Notes under the pieces: model-generated
Databases searched by the model: none
What the model saw: only the letters and a program-made list of their open reading frames with translations
Told to the model about the DNA's origin: nothing
Made by a program: the position numbers and the translations under genes
Shown here: positions 17,097-24,000 of the stretch, piece by piece
How the letters are laid out: each line of letters starts with the position of its first letter
Position numbering within the stretch: the first letter of the stretch is position 1
Source of the DNA: Methanobacteriota archaeon
Lineage (GTDB): Archaea > Thermoplasmatota > Thermoplasmata > RBG-16-68-12
Assembly: GCA_020029475.1 (NCBI GenBank)
Contig: JAIBJG010000020.1
Span: 18,114-42,113 of the forward strand
Reading direction: 5' to 3'
DNA: 24,000 nucleotides

Positions 17097-17132
17097 ACGT
17101 TCCCTCGCGGTTCCCTGCGGCGATTCCGTCCC

Positions 17133-17480
17133 TCAATACGGCGTGAGGCTCGGGTCCACGCGCTGGATCCACGCGTCGATCCCGCCCTCGAGGTTCTTCG
17201 CTTTCGGGAAGCCGAGCCGCCTCAGGTAGAAGACGGCCTGCTCGGAGCGGGAGCCCATCTTGCAGTACGCGACGACCTCCGCCTTCGGGTCGAGCTCACG
17301 GGCCCGCTGCGGGAGCGTCATCAGGGGGATCAGGGTCGCGCCCTCGATCCGGTTCACGGCCCACTCGTCCGGCTCCCGCACATCGAGGAGGACGACCGCA
17401 TCCCCCCGATCGAGCTTCGCCTTCAGCTCCTCCGGGGTGATCGTGAAGGACTCGCCGGTTCCCCGCCTAGACCAGGTCAA
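17133..17480 (-). CDS. Single-domain rhodanese-like sulfurtransferase
   Basis: FTITPEELKAKLDRGDAVVLLDVREPDEWAVNRIEGATLIPLMTLPQRARELDPKAEVVAYCKMGSRSEQAVFYLRRLGFPKAKNLEGGIDAW; active-site Cys in VVAYCKMGSRS. TTG start at 17480 overlaps the upstream gene's end. Confidence 0.92.
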   Translation of the reverse strand: MTWSRRGTGESFTITPEELKAKLDRGDAVVLLDVREPDEWAVNRIEGATLIPLMTLPQRARELDPKAEVVAYCKMGSRSEQAVFYLRRLGFPKAKNLEGGIDAWIQRVDPSLTPY

Positions 17481-17940
17481 TCTCCACCTCCGTGAACGCC
17501 CGCCTCCCGTCGCGGTCGTCGAGGCTCCAGGCCCGGAGGTCGACGGGCTTCCCCTTCTCCACCGCGACGACCACGTACGTGTACCAGGTGAACCCGCGGT
17601 CCACGTCGATCGCGGACGGCCGCGCGGGATGGTCAGGATGGGAATGGAAGAACCCGAGGATCTCGCGCCCGGACCCGGAGAGCTCCTTCGTCAGCCGCAG
17701 GGTCTCCGCGGGGTCCACTCGGTATCGGACGTCGCGGTCCTCCGTCTCGACGTTGCGCGTCGGTCGGAACTCGTCGATCCGACGCGGCGTCGCGTCCGGC
17801 CCCAGGAGATACCCGCACCCCTCCTCGGGGTACGTCTCCTTCCCGTGGCGCTTCATCGCGTCGACGACCGCCTTCGTGATCTGGACCGCGCCTTCGATTG
17901 GTGCGACCCCGGCGGAGCCCTTTGACGCGTCGACCTTCAT
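17467..17940 (-). CDS. M67/Mec+-type JAMM metallopeptidase (157 aa)
   Basis: YPEEGCGYLLG ... GFFHSHPDHPARPSAIDVDRG: E plus canonical H-x-H-x7-S-x2-D JAMM signature. Confidence 0.92.
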   Translation of the reverse strand: MKVDASKGSAGVAPIEGAVQITKAVVDAMKRHGKETYPEEGCGYLLGPDATPRRIDEFRPTRNVETEDRDVRYRVDPAETLRLTKELSGSGREILGFFHSHPDHPARPSAIDVDRGFTWYTYVVVAVEKGKPVDLRAWSLDDRDGRRAFTEVEIDLV

Positions 17941-17977
17941 CCCGTCCCTCCCATGCTCCCGAGGTCTCGCAAGGACC

Positions 17978-19225
17978 TCACGCGAAGACGTCCAGCACCT
18001 TCCGGAGGCCCGCCGCCAGGCGGTCCGCTTCCTCGGGCGTGTTGTACACGTAGAACGACGCCCGCGCGGTCGCGGGGACGTTCAACCGCTCCATGAGGGG
18101 CTGCGCGCAGTGGTGGCCGGAGCGGATCGCGATCCCCTCCACGTCCAAGATCGAGGCGATGTCGTGCGGGTGGACGTCGCCCAGGGTGAACGAGATCACG
18201 CCCCCGCGGCGGGAGGCGTCCTTCAGGCCGAACCCGTGGAACCCCTTCACGTCGGAGAGCGCGTCGAGGGCGTACTCCGTGAGCTCGACCTCGTGCTGCC
18301 GTACGTTGTCCATCCCGATCTTGTTCAGGTAGTCCACGGCGACCCCGAGCCCGATCGCCCCCGCCATGTTCGGGGTGCCGCCCTCGAACTTGAACGGGAC
18401 GTCGTTCCACTTCGCGATCCCGAGGTGGACCTCCCGGATCATCTCCCCCCCGCCCATCAGGGGCTCCATCTCCTGGAGCCGCTCCTCTTTCCCGTAGAGG
18501 ACCCCAATCCCCGTGGGCCCGAGCATCTTGTGCCCGCTGAACGCGAGGAAGTCGCAGTCGATCTTCTGGACGTCCACGGGCATGTGGGGGACGCTCTGGG
18601 CCGCGTCCACGACGCAGATCGCGCCGACCTCGTGGGCCCGCTTCGCGATCTCCTGGACGGGGTTGATCGTCCCGAGGACGTTTGAGCACTGGGTCACGGT
18701 GACGACCTTCGTCCGCTTCGTGATCATCGTGTCGTAGTCCTCCATCTTCAGGGCGCCGTCGTCGCTCATCCCGACCCACTTCATCTTCACGCCCTTCGCG
18801 TCCTGGACGAAGAACCACGGGACGTGGTTCGAGTGGTGCTCCATCACCGTGGAGACGATCTCGTCCCCCTCCCGGAGCTTCCCCTTGATCCCCCAGCCGT
18901 AAGCGATCGTGTTGATGCTCTCCGTCGTGGACTTCGTGAACGCGACCTCGTTCGGGGACCGGGCGTGGATGAACTGGGCGATCTTCTCCCGCGCGCCCTC
19001 GTACGCGCGCGTCGCCTCCTCCCCGAGCTCGTAGATCGCCCGGTGGACGTTCGCGTTGTACCGGCTGTAGAAGTCCGAGACGGAGTCGATCACGGCCTGC
19101 GGTTTCTGCGAGGTCGCCGCGCTGTCGAGGTACACGAGAGGCTTGCCGCGGACCGTGCGCGAGAGGATCGGGAAGTCCGCCCGGATCTTCTCGACGTTCA
19201 TCAGAAGCTTCGTCTTCGAGACCAT
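17978..19225 (-). CDS. sufS: Cysteine desulfurase SufS
   Basis: PILSRTVRGKPLVYLDSAATSQKPQAVIDSVSDFY...VHRAIYELGEEAT...FLAFSGHKMLGPTGIGVLYG...IRSGHHCAQPLM. Confidence 0.96.
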   Translation of the reverse strand: MVSKTKLLMNVEKIRADFPILSRTVRGKPLVYLDSAATSQKPQAVIDSVSDFYSRYNANVHRAIYELGEEATRAYEGAREKIAQFIHARSPNEVAFTKSTTESINTIAYGWGIKGKLREGDEIVSTVMEHHSNHVPWFFVQDAKGVKMKWVGMSDDGALKMEDYDTMITKRTKVVTVTQCSNVLGTINPVQEIAKRAHEVGAICVVDAAQSVPHMPVDVQKIDCDFLAFSGHKMLGPTGIGVLYGKEERLQEMEPLMGGGEMIREVHLGIAKWNDVPFKFEGGTPNMAGAIGLGVAVDYLNKIGMDNVRQHEVELTEYALDALSDVKGFHGFGLKDASRRGGVISFTLGDVHPHDIASILDVEGIAIRSGHHCAQPLMERLNVPATARASFYVYNTPEEADRLAAGLRKVLDVFA

Positions 19226-19307
19226 GGCCTCCCCTACCCGAGCGGGTTCCGCGATACGGCTCCCACCCCTTTAATCCTGCGACATGAGCGTCGTGACATC
19301 GATCTCC

Positions 19308-19748
19308 TCACTCCATGGAGATGCTCCCCTTCGATTCGAGGGCGGCCTTCAGGGTGTGCCACGAGAGGCTCGCGCACTTCACCCGGATCGGGAACTCCGA
19401 GACGCCTTGGAACACGGCGAGCTTCCCGAGGGAGTCCGGGTCCGCCTCCTTCCCCATCACGAGGTCGTGGAAGCGGTCGAAGAGGTGCTCCGCCTCGTCC
19501 TCCGTCTTCCCCTTCACGGCCTGGGTCATCATCGACGCGGATGACTTCGAGATCGCGCACCCCTGACCCTCGAAGGCGACATCCGCGATCCGGTCCCCCT
19601 CCATCCGGAGGTACACCGTGAACTGGTCCCCGCACAGCGGGTTCCGCCCGAGGGCGGTGCGGTCCGCGGGCTCGAGCTTGTGGAAGTTCCGCGGGTTCTT
19701 GCTGTGGTCCAGGATCTGCTCCTGGTACAGCGCCTTCAGGTCCGCCAT
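19308..19748 (-). CDS. sufU: SufU/IscU-like Fe-S scaffold or sulfurtransferase
   Basis: MADLKALYQEQILDHSKNPRNF...NPLCGDQFTVYLRMEGDRIADVAFEGQGCAISKSSASMMT...CASLSWHTL; three conserved Cys. Confidence 0.94.
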   Translation of the reverse strand: MADLKALYQEQILDHSKNPRNFHKLEPADRTALGRNPLCGDQFTVYLRMEGDRIADVAFEGQGCAISKSSASMMTQAVKGKTEDEAEHLFDRFHDLVMGKEADPDSLGKLAVFQGVSEFPIRVKCASLSWHTLKAALESKGSISME

Positions 19749-19797
19749 CAGCGCGCCTCCGTCCGACCAGACGCGATGGAGGCATCCCGCGGGACGT

Positions 19798-21153
19798 TCA
19801 TAAGGCCTCCCGCACCGCCTCGCTGTTCGGGAGGCGGGAGAGCAGGAGGACGCCAAGGGTCGCCCGCATCGCGGGGACCCGGACGAGGTCCACGACCTCG
19901 CGGGCGAAGGCGTACGTGAGGATCGCCCTCGCGGTCTCCGCGTCGATCCCCCGGGACCGAAGGTAGAACACGGCATCCTCGTCGATTTGGCCCGTCGTCG
20001 ACCCGTGTTTGCACTTCACGTCGTTCGCGTAGATCTGGAGACCGGGGATGCTGTCCACGAGCGCCTCCTTCGAGAGGAGGAGGTTCTTGTTCGTCTGGGT
20101 CGCGTTCGTCTTCTGGGCGCCCGGATGGACGATGATGTTCCCGTAGAACACGCCCCGCGCGCGGCCGTCCAGGATCCCCTTGTACAGCTCCCGGCTCGTG
20201 CACTGCGGGGTGAGGTGGTCGATCCTCGTGTGGTTGTCCACGTGCTGGTTTCCCGTGACGGAGTACAGGCCGTTCATCGCGAGCTCCCCGCCCTCCGCCG
20301 TGAACCGCTGGTTCACGTCGTTCCGCACGAGGCCCCCGCCTAGGGAGAACGAGCTGTCGGAGACGTTCGTCCCGCGGCCCTGCTCGATCTCCAGGGTCGC
20401 CAGGTGGAACGCCCGCTCGCTCTCCCGCTGGAGCTTGTAGTGGTCGAGGACGCCGCCTCCCTTCACGATCGCCTCCGTGACCGCGTTCGTCAGGTAGACG
20501 CCCGCATCGAGGCCCGCGTAGCTCTCCGTGACCGTCACCTGCCCGCCATCCTCGACGACGATCAGGTTCCGGGGATGCGCGACGGCGGGCTCCCGCTGCG
20601 CGGTGGAGACGAACAGGAGGTGGATCGGCTCCTCGACGACCTTCCCCCGGGAGACGTGGATGAACGCCCCGTCCTGGAGGAACGCCGTGTTCAGGGCGGT
20701 GAACGGGTTCGCGTCGAACCGGGCGATCCTCGAAAGGTACGGCTCGAGCTCCGTCGGGTCCTCCCGCAGGGCCTCCGCGAGGCTCCCCACCTGGACCCCG
20801 GCGGGGATGTTCCGCAGAGAAGAGAGCCGCTTCGAGTAGCGGCCGTTCACGAAGACGAGTTCGCTCCCCTCGAACTTCCCGAACACGACCGGCTCCAGTC
20901 TCTCCGCGGACAGGCCGTCCCCGGGGATCGTCACGGCGGGCGTGAACCGTCCCCTCGCGATCGGTTGGATGTTCGTGTACTTCCACATCTCGTGCTTCTG
21001 GGTGGGGAACCCGAGCTCGCGGAACTGCGCGAGGGCCTTCCTCCGCGTCTCTTGGAGCCAGCGGGGGTCGCCCGCGAAGTGCTCCCGCTCCAGGGCCTTG
21101 AAGTCCGACAGATAGGGTTCGCGGGGGTCCGCGACGTCCGGCACGGCCACCAC
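19798..21153 (-). CDS. sufD: FeS cluster assembly protein SufD
   Basis: SufBD-family C-terminus: VDNHTRIDHLTPQCTSRELYKGILDGRARGVFYGNIIVHPGAQKTNATQTNKNLLLSKEALVDSIPGLQIYANDVKCKHGSTTGQIDEDAVFYLRSRGI. Confidence 0.94.
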   Translation of the reverse strand: MVAVPDVADPREPYLSDFKALEREHFAGDPRWLQETRRKALAQFRELGFPTQKHEMWKYTNIQPIARGRFTPAVTIPGDGLSAERLEPVVFGKFEGSELVFVNGRYSKRLSSLRNIPAGVQVGSLAEALREDPTELEPYLSRIARFDANPFTALNTAFLQDGAFIHVSRGKVVEEPIHLLFVSTAQREPAVAHPRNLIVVEDGGQVTVTESYAGLDAGVYLTNAVTEAIVKGGGVLDHYKLQRESERAFHLATLEIEQGRGTNVSDSSFSLGGGLVRNDVNQRFTAEGGELAMNGLYSVTGNQHVDNHTRIDHLTPQCTSRELYKGILDGRARGVFYGNIIVHPGAQKTNATQTNKNLLLSKEALVDSIPGLQIYANDVKCKHGSTTGQIDEDAVFYLRSRGIDAETARAILTYAFAREVVDLVRVPAMRATLGVLLLSRLPNSEAVREAL

Positions 21154-21156
21154 CGC

Positions 21157-21933
21157 CTACGGCCCCGCCGCCACGGGCCCGGGGGCGGCCTCGTCGACCC
21201 AGCTGTACCCGCGCTTCTCCAGCTCGAGGGCGAGCTCCCGCCCTCCCGACTTCGCGATCCGCCCGTTCACGAGGACATGGACGAAATCCGGGGTGATGTA
21301 GTTCAGGATCCGCTGGTAGTGGGTGACGACGACGATCGCGCGGTCCTTCGCGCGCATCGTGTTCACGCCGTTCGCGACGACCCGGAGGGCGTCGATGTCG
21401 AGCCCGGAGTCCGTCTCGTCGAGGACCGCGAGGCGGGGCTCGAGCACCGCCATCTGGAAGATCTCGTTCCGCTTCTTCTCCCCGCCCGAGAAGCCGTCGT
21501 TCAGGGAGCGGCCGAGGAAGCTCTCCTCGAGCCCGAGGAGCTTCATCTTCTCCGTCACGAGGCTCATGAAGTCCATCGCGTCGAGCTCTTCCTCCCCGCG
21601 GTGCCGCCGGATCGAGTTCAGCGCGGACTTCAGGAAGTACGCGTTGCCGACGCCGGGAATCTCCACGGGGTACTGGAACGCGAGGAAGAGCCCTTCCCGG
21701 GCCCGGAGCTCCGGCTTCATCGCGAGGAGGTCCTTCCCGTCGTACCGCACGGTCCCGCCTGTGACCTCATAGTTGATGCGACCCGCCAACACGTTGGCGA
21801 GGGTGCTCTTCCCGGAGCCGTTCGGGCCCATGATCGCATGGACTTCGCCGACGTTCACGGTGAGGTCGACCCCCCTCAGAATCTCCTTGTCGCCGACCTT
21901 CGCGCGCAGTCCCTTGATCTCGAGCAGTGCCAT
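21157..21933 (-). CDS. sufC: FeS assembly ATPase SufC
   Basis: From ATG at 21933: MALLEIKGLRAKVGDKEILRGVDLTVNVGEVHAIMGPNGSGKSTLANVLAG...FLAFQYPVEIPGV...GFSGGEKKRNEIFQM...LDETDSGLDIDAL...VTHYQRILNYI. Confidence 0.97.
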   Translation of the reverse strand: MALLEIKGLRAKVGDKEILRGVDLTVNVGEVHAIMGPNGSGKSTLANVLAGRINYEVTGGTVRYDGKDLLAMKPELRAREGLFLAFQYPVEIPGVGNAYFLKSALNSIRRHRGEEELDAMDFMSLVTEKMKLLGLEESFLGRSLNDGFSGGEKKRNEIFQMAVLEPRLAVLDETDSGLDIDALRVVANGVNTMRAKDRAIVVVTHYQRILNYITPDFVHVLVNGRIAKSGGRELALELEKRGYSWVDEAAPGPVAAGP

Positions 21934-21953
21934 CTCTCCTCCCTCCGGTGGGC

Positions 21954-23402
21954 TCAGCCGACGGTCCCCTCGAGGTTCAGGCTCACCGCGAGCAGCTTCT
22001 GCGCCTCCACGGCGAACTCCATCGGCAGGTTCAGGAACACCTTCTTGCAGAAGCCGTTCACGATCATGTTCGTCGCGTCCTCCGGGGTGATCCCGCGCTG
22101 CTGGCAGTAGAAGAGCTGGTCGTCCCCGATCTTCGAGGTCGACGCCTCGTGCTCGAGCTGCGCCGTGGGCTCGTTCACCTCGATGTCCGGGAACGTGTGG
22201 GCCCCGCACTTGTCCCCGATGAGGAGGGAGTCGCACTGGGAGTAGTTCCGGGCGTTCACCGCGCCCTTGTGGATCTGGACCCGCCCCCGGTACGTGTTCT
22301 GGCCGTGGCCTGCGCTGATCCCCTTCGAGATGATTGTGCTCTTCGTGTTCTTCCCGATGTGGAGCATCTTCGTGCCCGTGTCCGCCTGCTGGCGGTTGTT
22401 CACGACCGCGACGGAGTAGAACTCGCCGACCGAGTTGTCCCCCTGGAGGATGCAGCTCGGATACTTCCAGGTGATCGCGCTCCCCGTCTCGACCTGGGTC
22501 CACGAGATCTTGGAGTTCCGTCCGAGCGCCTTCCCGCGCTTCGTGACGAAGTTGTAGATCCCGCCCTTCCCGTCCTTGTCGCCCGGGTACCAGTTCTGGA
22601 TCGTGGAGTACTTCACCTCGCCGTCGTCCAGGGCGATCAGCTCGACGACCGCGGCGTGGAGCTGGTTCTCGTCCCGCGCAGGTGCAGTGCATCCCTCGAG
22701 ATATGATACATATGCACCCTTATCCGCAATAATCAGGGTGCGTTCGAACTGCCCAGTGTTCGCCGCGTTGATCCGGAAGTACGTGGACAGCTCCATCGGA
22801 CACCGCACGCCCGGCGGGATGTATGCGAAGGACCCGTCGCTGAAGACCGCGGAGTTCAGGGCCGCGAAGAAGTTGTCGTTGAACGGCACCACGGTGCCGA
22901 GCCACTTCCGGACGAGGTCCGGGTGCTCCTTCACTGCGTCCGAGAACGAGGAGAAGATGATCCCGAGCTCATTCAGTTTCTCCTTGAACGTCGTCGCGAC
23001 GGAGACGCTGTCGAAGACCGCGTCCACGGCGACCCCCGCGAGCGCGGCCCGCTCCTGGAGGGGGATGCCGAGCTTCTCGTACATCGCCTTGATCTCCGGG
23101 TCCACCTCGTTGTAGTTCGCGGGCTTCTTCTTCGGGGCCGCGTAGTAGTACGTGTCCTGGTAGTCGATCGGGCCATAGTGGATGTTCGCCCACTTCGGCT
23201 CCTTCATCGTGAGCCAGTGCCGGTACGCGCGGAGCCGCCAGTCAAGGAGCCACCCCGGCTCGCCCTTCTTTTCGGAGATGTACCGCACGATGTCCTCGCT
23301 CAGACCCTTCGGGGCGAACTCCTCCTCGATGTCCGTGACGAACCCGTGCTTGTACTCCTGTGGAGCGGAGTACTTCTCCTCGAGTTCCGCCTTCGTGACC
23401 AT
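21954..23402 (-). CDS. sufB: FeS cluster assembly protein SufB
   Basis: [47 protein letters not shown]...[34 protein letters not shown]...[50 protein letters not shown]. Confidence 0.97.
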   Translation of the reverse strand: MVTKAELEEKYSAPQEYKHGFVTDIEEEFAPKGLSEDIVRYISEKKGEPGWLLDWRLRAYRHWLTMKEPKWANIHYGPIDYQDTYYYAAPKKKPANYNEVDPEIKAMYEKLGIPLQERAALAGVAVDAVFDSVSVATTFKEKLNELGIIFSSFSDAVKEHPDLVRKWLGTVVPFNDNFFAALNSAVFSDGSFAYIPPGVRCPMELSTYFRINAANTGQFERTLIIADKGAYVSYLEGCTAPARDENQLHAAVVELIALDDGEVKYSTIQNWYPGDKDGKGGIYNFVTKRGKALGRNSKISWTQVETGSAITWKYPSCILQGDNSVGEFYSVAVVNNRQQADTGTKMLHIGKNTKSTIISKGISAGHGQNTYRGRVQIHKGAVNARNYSQCDSLLIGDKCGAHTFPDIEVNEPTAQLEHEASTSKIGDDQLFYCQQRGITPEDATNMIVNGFCKKVFLNLPMEFAVEAQKLLAVSLNLEGTVG

Positions 23403-23443
23403 GATGTGCGCTCCGAACGCGAGGGCTTAGAAATCCCTTCGCC

Positions 23444-23493
23444 CCGCGACACTCATTCCTATATAACCGCGTTATAAATAGCTTCTGTCGCGG
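23444..23493. promoter_or_regulatory. Divergent promoter region with nested dyad symmetry: CCGCGACA ... TATAAC-cgc-GTTATA ... TGTCGCGG
   Basis: Outer arms 23444-23451 and 23486-23493; inner arms 23462-23467 and 23471-23476; both centred at about 23469. TATA-like sequences on both strands (TTATAAAT on +, GTTATATAGG on -). Confidence 0.6.
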
Positions 23494-23582
23494 CTCTCCA
23501 GATGGGAACGAAGTCCTCACGGGAACCTTGGCGGGGAGGGGGAGTGTAAAGGATAAAGGACGCGCCGGACATCCCGCGGCGG

Positions 23583-24000
23583 TTGAGAGGGTTGGCCGCA
23601 ACATCGTGTCCCGGATGCGGCGCGCCCCTGCAGTGGGTCGCGCAGTACAGTCAATGGTGGTGTGCGAAGGAACAGAAGTACTACCCGCCGGGGGGAGCCC
23701 CAGTGGCCCCGCAAGTCGCGGCACCCGCGCAGACGGCCGCGCCCGCGACGGCCCAGGCGGTCCCCTCCCTCTGGAACCTGAACTTCTACCGGATCCGGAA
23801 GAAGGTGCTCGCGATCACGGGCCAGTACTGGGTCGAGGACCAGGCCGGGACCCACCTCGCGTACAGCAAGCAGAAGCTCCTCCGGCTGAAGGAGGACATC
23901 CGCGTGTACACGGACGAGAGCATGGCGCGGGAGCTGTTCCAGATCCGGCAGACCCAGATCCTCGACATCTGGGGGACGTTCGCGATCGTGGACTCGGCGA
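23583..24000 (+). CDS. Zinc-ribbon plus LURP-one-related/scramblase-like domain protein, partial at right edge
   Basis: Frame reads LRGLAATSCPGCGAPLQWVAQYSQWWCAKEQKYYPPGGAPVAPQVAAPAQTAAPATAQAVPSLWNLNFYRIRKKVLAITGQYWVEDQAGTHLAYSKQKLLRLKEDIRVYTDESMARELFQIRQTQILDIWGTFAIVDSA...; start is a TTG at 23583 or 23592 (uncertain). Confidence 0.55.
   Translation, partial: MRGLAATSCPGCGAPLQWVAQYSQWWCAKEQKYYPPGGAPVAPQVAAPAQTAAPATAQAVPSLWNLNFYRIRKKVLAITGQYWVEDQAGTHLAYSKQKLLRLKEDIRVYTDESMARELFQIRQTQILDIWGTFAIVDSA

Noticed and set aside
17492-22706. Large plus-strand ORFs (397 aa, 568 aa, 259 aa) opposite the suf genes
   Set aside because: Shadow ORFs of SufS, SufD, SufC and SufB, which are unambiguous.

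Overview
GC-rich archaeal chromosomal window (probably an uncultured Thermoplasmatota-like euryarchaeote; taxon is inference). Left part: partial GT4 glycosyltransferase, thiD-thiN fusion, thpR, a membrane wHTH protein, UMP kinase, zinc-ribbon protein, aRF1, argS, a giant N-glycosylation-sequon-rich surface protein, an ArsB/SLC13-like transporter, pcm and small hypotheticals. Right part: one unbroken minus-strand run of 11 genes, sufB-sufC-sufD-sufU-sufS, then JAMM peptidase, rhodanese, ubiquitin-like protein, E2, E1 and a second JAMM protein. The most exciting item is the last module. By direct reading, the small UBL (VPE..F..AA...AG.V...VIdpsiVG|S tail), the E2 (KTRWTGK...WDIE...YP..P...IPEL...RIC) and the E1 (VAIVGVGGLG..AE.L.R.G.GEL.LFDYD.VE.AN.NRL ... 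ACHFTSLPTTM.VV) each resemble the eukaryotic UFMylation trio UFM1, UFC1 and UBA5, rather than generic MoaD/ThiS/SAMP or MoeB proteins. It looks like a complete archaeal UFM1-type conjugation cassette with JAMM peptidases in place of UFSP cysteine proteases, directly downstream of a SUF operon. Secondary items: a nested palindromic divergent promoter region upstream of sufB, a pair of near-identical 22-bp inverted-repeat elements flanking a small ORF upstream of aRF1, and a membrane-anchored wHTH protein with loose resemblance to DDRGK1/UFBP1. No tRNA, rRNA, CRISPR array or mobile element was identified.
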